A stretch of 63,115 nt of DNA, the filler included. It is 17 parts of 17 records of this genome, joined end to end, with 100 filler letters (N's around TTAATTAATTAA, not from the genome) between each part and the next. Parts side by side here need not be neighbours in the genome. Positions count along the whole stretch, not along the records: positions 10,176 to 13,419 come from SRR15195285_15786; positions 13,520 to 16,906 come from SRR15195285_15844; positions 17,007 to 20,700 come from SRR15195285_15913; positions 20,801 to 24,022 come from SRR15195285_15934; 13 more parts are not named here. One strand, 5' to 3'. The translations under genes and the position numbers were made by a program. The notes beneath the pieces were generated by a model that searched no databases, was not told the origin of the DNA, and worked only from the letters and a program-made list of their open reading frames with translations. Each line of letters opens with the position of its first letter. Within the stretch, counting starts at the first letter, position 1. Positions 10,937 through 21,270 of this stretch are shown one piece after another.

Positions 10937-13419
10937 TCACTGCGGCCGAATGGTGACGAGGTATCGCGGGTACGCTTTTGCTTTGTCGTAGACGATGTAC
11001 TGCCGGCCGTATTCTTCCTCGCCCATCGGGTTGGTGCCGAATCGCCTCGCGTCGTTTCGCGAACTGCGGGACCCGTGGATGCCGAAGCTGCGTTCAGTCC
11101 CTTGCACAGAGTCGTACATGTACACATCACCCGCTGCACCATCTTCGATCGGCGGCTCGCGCACCAACGTATTGTCGCACTGCCAGCCAAGGTCCTTGGA
11201 CTGACCGAGGATGACCTCAGCGACCAGCAGCACGATGCTACCGTCTGCTGCTTTGTTCGGCCGTGGGAAGAGGTAGGCTGAGTAGATCGCGTGCTCTGCG
11301 AAGTAAGAGCCACGGCCGTAAGACCCTGCCCGCGCAAGCCTGAAGTCGAAGCCACCTTCCACTCGGCCGCCCGCATATATCTTCTTCAGCTCATCGGGGT
11401 CGCCGGACATCGCGTGGAAGCAGAGCCGTACGTTCGCCTTGTTCTCGGTCGTGCCACCACGTGCTGCGTTCGCGGGCTTACGCGCGGCGATATGCTTCGC
11501 GCGATCGAAGTCAGAAAGCAGCTCGTTGTTGTCGATCTCCTCCAGCCTCGTCACGACATGTCGAGGGAGGCTTTGCTGCACTCGTTCCTGGACCGTAGCC
11601 CACTGTTCGCAACCTCGAGCGAGCGGCGTTAATTTCCACCGCAGAGGGGCGAACAGGGCTGCTCTTTCGGCCTCGGAATGAAGCTCTGCCGCCCTCCGTT
11701 GCATAAGCGCGTCTGTCTCAAAAAAGCTCTCGACCTGAAGCAGTACAGCCGTCGGTCGACGGTCTGGCTGCTCGTGCATCAGCAGTGCCACCCACTGCGC
11801 CTCTGAATCGTTGCCGTCGATGATCACACTCACATCTGTGAGCGGGTAGTCAGCTGCAGCAGGAGGGTGCAGCAGGTTCAGCGCCAGCACGCCGAAAGAG
11901 TACATGTCACTGGCGGCCGACGGCTCGGCTCCAGCCAAGACCTCGGGCGCTATGAAACCACGGGTGCCAGTGACGCCAGCCATTGTCGTCGTAGCCGCAC
12001 TGAGATCCTTGCTCGTCTCAAAGTCGCAGATTCGCGCCGTGCCATCTTCTGCAATCAGGATGTTGTCACCCTTGATGTCCCGGTGCAAAATGTTCTTCTC
12101 GTGTATGCAAGCCAGTGCTAGCAGCACCTGCCGCAGCACCGACTGCTTTTGTGCTGCGTCTGGTTTTGTCGTCTGCACCCACTCGATTAGCGAGCCATAT
12201 TTGCACCATTCCATCTCGATGTACATTCTTCCCGAGTCCTCAAACACAGCACTGTACTTAATGATGTGTCGGTGGTTCAGACACTGCACACTCTGGACCT
12301 CCTTCATGTAGCCACGCATATCGTCTTTCAGAGGAAAAACTTTAAGGACGACATCAACTCCATTGAGCTTGGCCTTGGTTAGCCTGGTCGTGATCATCTT
12401 CTGGTCGTCGTAGTCAGCAAGCTGGCGGTCAGCCACATGTAGTCCATCGCTCCCCATGAAAGTCTTGACGTCATCGTTCGAATGCAGAAGCTCTGGGAAA
12501 TGTTCTACTGCGAGAGACACCAGCTGCACAACTACTCCCCTTCTCTCCGCACTGTTCTTACGGAGAGCTTCGCGGGCTGCATCCAGAGACTCTTTGACAA
12601 CATCGAGTGCCTGCCTGGCCTTCTGTGCTGCCTCACCATCACTACCGGCGCGGCGAACTTTGATCTCCGCGATTTCACTCTCTGCGTTACAAAATTTTAC
12701 CTCCTCACGCAACTCCTTAACCTCGTCCTGGAGCGCCTGCAACGCGTCCACCGATGATTTCGGCTCGGCGTCCTCGATCACCCGCTGGCACTCTGCGGCG
12801 ACTGAGCAAAAATCCGCTGCCTGCCTCTGTGCGTCACGCCACGCCATAAGCTCGATATGCACCGGAATCTGCGGCTCTGACCAGTAGAGCTCCGGCTCCG
12901 GCTCAGCATCGTCGACTTCAGCCTCTAGGCGCTCCAAGGCGTGGATGCGGTCTGCGAGAGCCGATTCAGGCGCTAGAGTAGCCAAGAGTTTCTCCGGACT
13001 GGCTATGAACTTTTCCCTCGCGGCATCTCGCTTCTTGCAAATTGCTGAGGTAGCTGCAGCATCTATCGATGGTGCCTTCAGCTGCTCTTGTAGGTCGTCC
13101 AGGTCGGCCTTCGCTTGAACGACATTCGTACGCATCGCCCAACTGACTTCAGCACGGTTTGTCAAACCAATCTTCACAAACTGAGCCGATGGGGCTAGGG
13201 ACTGCATCTCGCTGAGGGCCATCTGTACCGGCAGCTGCGATGTAAAGAACACTGCCCGCAGGTCTGCGAGCAAGAGGATGGCGAACAGCTCCCTCAAACC
13301 TCGGTCGGTGAGTCTCTCAAAGTCTCGGCTGGTGAAGTCCAGATAATGCTTGGATGCTTGTGCCTGCAGGGCCTGATACGCTGTAAGCATGAGCTCGTGC
13401 CCAAGCAGCACGCACTTGC
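10937..13419 (-). CDS. Coiled-coil / Ser-Thr kinase / PARP-like ADP-ribosyltransferase fusion, 5'-truncated
   Basis: Kinase motifs VVLKVF, HRDIKGDN, ICDFE, GTRGFIAPE, DMYSFG. PARP motifs LCFHA, GSYGRGSYFA, LLVAEVILG, YDSV, QYIVYDKAKAYPRYLV. Confidence 0.88.
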
Positions 13420-13633
13420 NNNNNNNNNNNNNNNNNNNNNNNNNNNNNNNNNNNNNNNNNNNNTTAATTAATTAANNNNNNNNNNNNNNNNNNNNNNNNN
13501 NNNNNNNNNNNNNNNNNNNCGTGCGCGACCCGCGCGCGCGCGCGGCGCAGGAAGCGCTACGGACGGAGCTCACGCACGCGCGCGCGGCGAACACGCAGCG
13601 GGGCAGCGCCAGGGGCAGATCGACGGAGCCGCG

Positions 13634-15004
13634 ATGATGGCGCATGTGTGGGTGGCGCTGCTGCTTTTGCTGCTGCTGCTGCTCTGCTCCAGCACTGCCG
13701 CCGCGGGACCTTCCTGGGCGACCCCGATCGACCGCGGCGCGACGCCGATGCCCTCACCGATCGTCCGCGTGACAAAGGAGTGCTCCTTTGCATGCTCGCT
13801 GGAGAAGCTCAAGAAGGAAGAAGGGCGTGGCGGGACGCTCTTCGTGCCACCCGGGGTCTGGCTCAGCCCGCCGGTCAATTTGACCTCGCACCTGACGATC
13901 TACCTCGCGGCAGGGGCGGTCGTCAAGGCGGACGCGCACGTCTTCCGCGAGGGCAGATGGCCACTGGTAGCGCCACTGCCGAACTACGGCAGAGGGCACC
14001 CGGACTACAACTCGTCGGTGAACGCGCCGTTCTGGGGTGCTCGCTGGGCGCCATTCATCGACGGCTACAATCTAACGAACGTCACCATCGGTGGGGAGAA
14101 CGGCACGATCGATGGCTCCGGCGCATACTGGTGGGAGCGGCATGTCGCGGGAGTCGAGAAGTACACGAGGCCACCACTCTTCTCATGCCTGCGATGCAAC
14201 GACGTGCTGCTTGAGGACACGACCTTCAAGGACTCGGCTTTCTGGACGATTCACCCTGTGCTTGGGCGACGGCTGACGGCGCGACGCCTGCACATTCTCG
14301 CGCCGAACGTCGCGCCGAACACCGATGGCTTTGATCCCGACTCGATCCAAGACGTCGTTTTTACGGACTCCTACGTCTCGAATGGCGACGACGCGATCGC
14401 CATCAAGGCAGGGTGGGACTGTGCTGGGTACGCATCCGCGGAGGCTGCGCCCTGCGACAACATCTACATCCGCAACATCACGCAACACTTGGGAGGGGGT
14501 GGGCTGTCGCTCGGTTCTGAGATGTCTGGTGGAATTTCGAACGTGGTGATCGAGAACTGCAAGCTGCTGCATGGGAGCTACGGGATTCAGATCAAGACAG
14601 GCATCACGCGCGGTGGCTTCGTGAAGAACGTGAGCATCGACAATGTAGAGATTGTCGGGACGACAAAGGAAGCCATCCGCATAGATGCATTCTACGGTAT
14701 GGTGAACACCTGGTGCCCGGATCCGAACAAGCGCGTGCCGAGTGTGGTCGACAACATCCAGATCACGAACACAGCTGTGCGCAACGCCAACTTGTCCCTA
14801 CACTTTCATGGGACGCTGGATGTACCAGCGACGCGTGTGCACATGCAAAATGTGTCCTTCGCCTGCGATGGCACCAAGCCGGAGTGGTGCGGTGGGCCGG
14901 GAGTAGCGACCGGGTGCTGTATCACTGCGGAGTGCCTGGGTGGTGTGCAGTACACCTCAGAGGGTATCACCCCACCGAGCGCCATGCAAAACTGTGCGCA
15001 CTAG
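13634..15004 (+). CDS. Secreted GH28 polygalacturonase-like glycoside hydrolase
   Basis: Poly-Leu signal peptide; GTIDGSG..WW, PNTDGFDPDS, GDDAIAIKAG, LSLGSEMSGG, IQIKT...RGG. Confidence 0.92.
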   Translation: MMAHVWVALLLLLLLLLCSSTAAAGPSWATPIDRGATPMPSPIVRVTKECSFACSLEKLKKEEGRGGTLFVPPGVWLSPPVNLTSHLTIYLAAGAVVKADAHVFREGRWPLVAPLPNYGRGHPDYNSSVNAPFWGARWAPFIDGYNLTNVTIGGENGTIDGSGAYWWERHVAGVEKYTRPPLFSCLRCNDVLLEDTTFKDSAFWTIHPVLGRRLTARRLHILAPNVAPNTDGFDPDSIQDVVFTDSYVSNGDDAIAIKAGWDCAGYASAEAAPCDNIYIRNITQHLGGGGLSLGSEMSGGISNVVIENCKLLHGSYGIQIKTGITRGGFVKNVSIDNVEIVGTTKEAIRIDAFYGMVNTWCPDPNKRVPSVVDNIQITNTAVRNANLSLHFHGTLDVPATRVHMQNVSFACDGTKPEWCGGPGVATGCCITAECLGGVQYTSEGITPPSAMQNCAH

Positions 15005-15153
15005 GCACGAGAACAGCCATCTACCGCTGCCCAATCGGTGTGAGGATCCTGAGGATTCTGAGGATCTGTGGACAGTCCTAGCACCACCAGGTACAAGGCA
15101 GTAGATTCAGGAGAACATGATTCACTTTGCGAATTCCTTCCTCACCACCACCT

Positions 15154-16697
15154 CTAGCCACTGAAATCTGCGCCTGGCTGTTGCCAATCGGGCAAGGAGC
15201 TAATTCCCACCGTAGGCACCGCAAGAGGTTTTTCAGGTTCAGGTTGCATCCACGCTTCGCCCCATTCTCCAGTTGCTCCTTTGGAGTCACGGTTCATATG
15301 CAGGGCATTTCCAGCCAAGAACGCTTGACGAACTGCATAATAGGACGACTTCTTCTGGTAGGAATTATCGAATATTAGCGGAGCATCGGCATGGTAAAAA
15401 TCCGTGACCCACGTGTGCTTATCAGTAAACCCCCACAGTGTAATCCCCGTGAATCCTCCAGCTGAAACCGACGTCTCAGTGGACGAACCGGCAGTGGCTG
15501 GTCCTGCCGCTACTGCTTCCGCCAGTATGTCATGATAGATTTGGCATTGCGCCGCGGCTCGCAACCAATCTGTGCAGTTGGCAGGCAGCTTCGAGATGCG
15601 GACATCCATCTCCGAAATGTTGACTAGAAACGGCGCATTTCGGTGGCTACCAAGACCCTTCAGTCGCGCAATGTTGGCCACCACCGCCTCCGGGGTCGGG
15701 CAGCGCCCAACCCCAACGCCCGCGGCATTAAAGTGCGCTTGAAGCCCAACACCGTCTATCGGGACGCCATCTGCAAGAAGTGACCTCAACAGCTCAAACA
15801 TGGCGTCGGACTTTCGGTAGAAGCCAGCCGATGGACTGATAGCACTGCGTCGCACGCTCACTTCTGGCTCGTGCTTCGCACGCTTCGGCTCTCGTCTCGA
15901 TTCGCCGCTGTTGTCAGCACTCGGGTCAGCTCCCTCCACTTTGTTGTCGTTGTAGTACAGCAGTGCTTCTGGGTCGGCCTGTTTTGCCCAGCGGAATGCC
16001 TGCGCTATGTAGCCTGAGCCCATCTTGCGTAAGAATACGTTGTCTGCAAGACTGCCATCGGGAGCGAGAGCCTCGTTGACCACATCCCAGCTTTCAACTC
16101 GCCCTCTGAAGTGGCCACAGGTTGTGAAGATGTGGCGGCGCAGAGCCTCCGCGCACTGCTCGGCGTCCAGCTCATCCAGCCACGCTGGGCTCGTGACATG
16201 CCAACACAGCGTGTGCCCCTTGACTTTTAGACCGCGTGCCAGCGCCCAGTCGACAATCTTGTCAGCAGGCCCAAAGTCGTAGCAGCCCGAGAGCGCGGTG
16301 AACTGCTTGCCCTCGCACCTGTAGGGCCCTCCCCACATTGACCCTGAGGCAGCGGGGCTGGTCAATGGCTCCCATTTCATGTGATGCTCTACGACAACGT
16401 GCGTGAACTCTCGCTCGACGGTTGCTGCGTAGATCGGATCGTCCAGTAGATCCGGCATGACGCAGGTCCCGACGTGCACGCCTGCCACCGTCGCAGCATC
16501 GCGCAATGTCGTCGCGCCGGGGCCATGCGAATCCCCAGGAGCAGCACCTGCCCCGACCAAGAACGTGCCGTGATCAGCTGATGATCACAGAGCGGAATAT
16601 TGTACGCACCTGTGCCTGTGCCTGCGTCGGACCCTGACCCTGCGGCTTCCATCACGGCGCGAATGCGCAACGGGCCGCCAGCGTCGTCGTCGCTCAT
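15154..16697 (-). CDS. GH10 endo-1,4-beta-xylanase-like (intron 16548-16609)
   Basis: HHMKW, KGHTLCWH, WDVVNE (acid/base), YNDN, IDGVGLQAH, ISEMD (nucleophile), WGFTDKHTW. A phase-1 GTGCGT...CAG intron links the ATG at 16697. Confidence 0.9.
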
Positions 16698-17006
16698 CGA
16701 GCAGCGACTACAGACTACAGCGCAGCACGAGATCACAATTAAGTGAACCACAGCTGGTGCTCAGGGCCTTGTAGGCACCAGTGTGCAGGTCGGGGCATGC
16801 GCACGCAGCTCGCGAGGACCACCCTTCCAGTGGCCCACACTTTGACCACCGCGGTGGCGCCGCCGGGCATGCAGCGCGCGACACGGGCGTAGGTGCAATA
16901 TCTGTCNNNNNNNNNNNNNNNNNNNNNNNNNNNNNNNNNNNNNNNNNNNNTTAATTAATTAANNNNNNNNNNNNNNNNNNNNNNNNNNNNNNNNNNNNNN
17001 NNNNNN

Positions 17007-20000
17007 TGGTTCTACCACAGACACGCTGAGCAACGGAGGTGGCACCAGGTGCACGGCGTGTGTGGCGGGCCGGTACTCGGCCTCTTCGCAGTTGGAGTGC
17101 GTTGCTTGTCAACGTGGTCGTTACAGCGCAAACGCCGGGGCAACGGCCTGCGATGCGTGCAGTGCGGGGCAGTTCGGTCAGCTTCGTGGAGCTCCAAGTG
17201 CCGAGGACGGTTGCCAGGCGTGTGTCCTTGGCCAACATTCAGAGCCGGCTGCCGTCGTGTGTGTTGCGTGCACCGCGGGACAAGTGGACGGTGACTCCGA
17301 CCCGAGCACCCCATGCACCTCGTGTCAACCAGGTTCCTACTCTGGCTGTGGAACGACAGCTTGCTCCGAATGTGCCGCTGGATTCGCGGACTTGGATGCT
17401 GATCCTAGTACTCCGTGTATGTCGTGTCAAGATGGTTCTTCGTGGGCTGCAACTGAAGCGAGTTCGATTGCGACATGTGAACCGTGCGCTGCGGGCTGGG
17501 TGGATCAGGACCGTGATAGTTTGACTCCTTGCACGATCTGTCCAGCGGGCACTCAGAGCGGGCTCACCGGTGTTGAGTGCACCCTGTGCAGTGAGATGGG
17601 ACTAGTAGACGAAGACATGGATCCCAGCACGCCATGCACAGCCCCCGACGGATCGCTTGTATGTACTCAAGAATGCCCGGTGGGATATGAAGATATGGAC
17701 TGCGGGGCAGTCACTGCATGTACTGCATGCACTGCCGGTATGTTCTCGGCTGGAGGTGTCAACGACATTGACGCTAGTGGTTCCCAGTGCAAGGCTTGCG
17801 CACCTGGGATGTTTGCTCCGCAAGGGTCATTGCCGAGTGATTGCGCGGTATGCCCTTCTGGACACGCGGACGAAGACTCGAACGCCTGGACTGAGTGCTC
17901 AGCGTGTGGCGCTGGGAAATTCACAGCTCTCAGCAATAACCTCACATTTGTCGACACGGGTGCTTCGCATTGTACGTTGTGCCCACCCGGCCGGTTTGAC
18001 TCAGACAGCGATTCGTCGACGGACTGTGTTGACTGTCCAGCAGGAAGAGCGAATCAGCACATCGGCTCCACAACGGAAGCTGACTGCACACAGTGTGTCG
18101 CTGGGAAGTGGGCCGCCGGGGGACTCCCCGAGTGCACAGAATGCGTAGTCGGAACGCATAGGCCTGCATCACTATTGGCGCCATGTGCCGCATGCATTGG
18201 TCTAGGTGCGACCTGTGATCTCCCCGGACTGGCCACTCCAAGAGCACTGCCGGGGTTCTTTGCACACGCATCGAATGCACCTGGGTTGACGACTAATGCT
18301 ACAATTTCCAGATGCATCCCATTCTATTCCTGTCTCGGCACATGTGACGAGAACTTTCGAGCGCAACTGTTAGAGGTGGACGAGCCAGACATCGAAGAAG
18401 ATTCACTAGCCGGAGCGGTCGTGTCCCGGACGGCAAACAACGAGATCAACAAGTTTGTCAGCGAAGCTCGGTGTCCAGGTGGAATTGGCACAGAAAGCTG
18501 CTCTCCAGGCTACACAGGGTCTAGGTGCAGTGTCTGCGTTGCCTTTGACGCGGATATCATCGAATGTACCGCCGACAGGCCAAATGGGTACTATCGGTCA
18601 AACCAGCGCGTAAGTTAGTAGAACCAGGAGCTCCTCGTGTTTCGTTGTCCTGGCTGCATCCCTTTCTCTAACACAGCCTTTGTCGGACAGTGCGAGCCAT
18701 GCGCCTGCAGCTTCGTCACCTTCAACATGATGGTCATCGCTGCTATCTTAGCTGTGTTTGTGTTCTTGTGGATACTCGACTGGAAGGTCGAGCATGCCTC
18801 GGACAACGATCCACTTTCCGAACACGCCAGCATTCTTCTAGCGCCATTCTTCATTCTGGTCACATTCGGGCAGACGATTGCACTGTTCGTCGACCTGGTC
18901 AGCATTCCGTGGCCACCACTGCTCAGAAAGGTGATGCAATGGCTGAGTTCTTTGAACATAAACCTAGAACTGACTAAGCCAGAATGCACGACAACCTTCG
19001 GCCCACTGGAAAAGACTCGCTTTACGCTTCTCATGCCAGTGTGCTTGATGTGCATCGTCATCGTCTACGCCCTCTGCAAGCTAGGTCTGATCTACTACGC
19101 ATCCTTCAGGCCCGATGCAGGCGCAAATGCAGACCAAGTGAAAGCAAGTGGTACCAAAAGATTGTTTCGCCGCACCGTCACCATCGCTACCACAATCTTC
19201 ACCACGAGCTCCATTTTGTTTGTGCGCAACTCGACCCGAGTCTTCAACTGCGACTCGGCTGCAACGACGGGGGGAGGGGTGGCTACAGAAACTCGCTACA
19301 TGGTCGTGAGTCTTAAGCACCAACCACATCAATGACTGATCAGTTCTGTATGGCCTGATAGTGCAGTCTATAGTCTGCAATGTACCATACTTGCTTCACT
19401 AGCCGCACTTATGCTGTCTAGAGCTCGCATCTGCGTTGGAATAAGATTGATCCGTTAGTGTCTTCGGACAGACCAATCCCGAAATTGCCTGCGACGTGAG
19501 TGACGAGACGTGGGTTGCCATGCGGATGTGGTCGATTCTCGGTTTGATCGTCTACTGCGCGCTTTACATCCTCCTCTGCATGGGCTTGTACTTCGAGAAC
19601 AACAAGGAAGAACCCGGCCTCGGTGTGCTGTTCTTCTTAGGCGACAAATACGAGGTGGGGAGGCTATGGGCATTGCGTACTGCATCTACTTCTGATAGCG
19701 ATAGCTGAACCGGTACCCGTGCGCAGGATAAATGGTTCTTCTGGGAAATGGTCGTCATCGCTCGCAAAGTTCTGACGATGCTGGCGTTTGAGATGTTTGT
19801 GGACATCCATGCATGGCTGCTCGGCACGGCAGTGCTCCTCGTCTCAGTGGTGCTTCATGTCTACGCGCGACCATGTGTGGAACCCATTGTATTGGCACTG
19901 CTGTGGATCGTCAGCAGCATTTGGTTTCATGGTTGCTGAATGTAGTCTTGCTGACGAGAGTGTGCATGCAATTTGTGCTGAGACAGATGAGGACGAGTGG

Positions 20001-20590
20001 ACAGACTGGACAGACTTCCTGTCACTCATCGCCAACCTGCTGATCCTCATCAGTGGGCCTGTGTACTTGATCCTAGACAATCCTGAAAGTTCGACTGGGA
20101 TGGATGCACATGGCAGAGCGCGAGGCGAGACCGCGGAGGACGACGCAGAGACTGCCCGTTTGGCGCTGCAGGTGATCAGCCTCACAGCCGTGATTGGCAC
20201 TTGCATTATTGGAATGCTAGTGTGGGTCAAAGTGTGGCGAGAGCTGACTGGTGATGTTGATGAAAGCGAACACGCCGGTGCGTTCTGCGTGGCGTTGTAT
20301 TCATCTGAAGCTGCCAAGTGATCGCCCCTCTCATAACCTAGTGTTTGGGTGTCTGCCTGCTTACTTGGCGGTTAGACTACAAGGTACGGATGCACATGCG
20401 ATTGCTTGACGAGAAGCGGGCTGAGATCGATCAGCTTGAGCAGAAAACCGATGAGCTGCGACACCACCGAGGGATGGTTGAGGCGGAAAAGTACAAGATG
20501 CGTTCCTCTTCGGCAAGCAAGGCTGTGCCTAGTAGTAGTACCAGTACCGACAATCCGCTGAGAGCGCAGTCGGCAGCGGACAATGAATAG
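17007..20590 (+). CDS. Large Cys-rich (CxxC-xxG, ephrin-receptor/TNFR-like repeats) multipass membrane protein, 5'-truncated
   Basis: Many C..C.AG repeats with DxDxDPSTPC inserts, then about 7-9 TM helices (...YEDKWFFWEMVVIARK...YARPYEDEWTD). Frame-consistent GT-AG introns at 18610-18690, 19306-19471, 19655-19726, 19875-19986 and 20278-20375. Confidence 0.85.
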
Positions 20591-20895
20591 GAAGTAGGTG
20601 GAACGGGTCGCCCGTAAGCTCGAGTAGCGCCTCGCGTACCGCAGGCCCATGTGGCGCCTTGCGTTTTGTTCCACGGCCTCGTGGTAGCGCCATTGTTGCG
20701 NNNNNNNNNNNNNNNNNNNNNNNNNNNNNNNNNNNNNNNNNNNNTTAATTAATTAANNNNNNNNNNNNNNNNNNNNNNNNNNNNNNNNNNNNNNNNNNNN
20801 GGAACAGTGCCTTTCTCAGTACTGAAGAGGCGCCCTAGTGCATACCGTGCATTTGCACCATGGCGCCAATGCCCCGTCTCACCATCATAGATCTG

Positions 20896-21074
20896 GAAAT
20901 CGGGTTTTGGGGAGTGCTTTGAAATCGGGTTTTGGGGAGATTTTGAAATCGGGTTTACGGGAAAAAGCCGAAAAACGGGTTTTCATAATTATATCCCCAT
21001 AGAAATTTTAAAAAATTTCAGATGGGGTCTACAGTGTATTATGACTGACCACCGAAATAATTACCGATTATTTC
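20896..21074. repeat. AT-rich element: tandem 24-25-bp repeats plus two hairpins
   Basis: GAAATCGGGTTT x3 plus a degenerate fourth copy (20896-20983). Hairpins CCCCATAGAAATTTT/AAAATTTCAGATGGGG (20995-21027) and GAAATAAT/ATTATTTC (about 21055-21075). Confidence 0.7.
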
Positions 21075-21270
21075 CAGCACCGTACACCCCAGCTTCAGAG
21101 GGCGCGCAAACGCGTTAACCTCGCCCCCCCTCGCGGCAATTAGGCTTGTCGTATAGTTGACTCTGCCTTACTTGTTCCCCAAACCTATCAGCAACGCGTT
21201 GCTGATAGCTTCGGTGCAGCCTCCTCGTCAGTCGTCTTGGCCGGCAGTACGTGCAGTTCCAGGGACGCAC

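Noticed and set aside
20896-20983. CRISPR array or TTTTGGGG telomere
   Set aside because: There are no unique spacers of CRISPR length and no cas genes; TTTTGGGG occurs only twice and not as a tandem telomeric tract.
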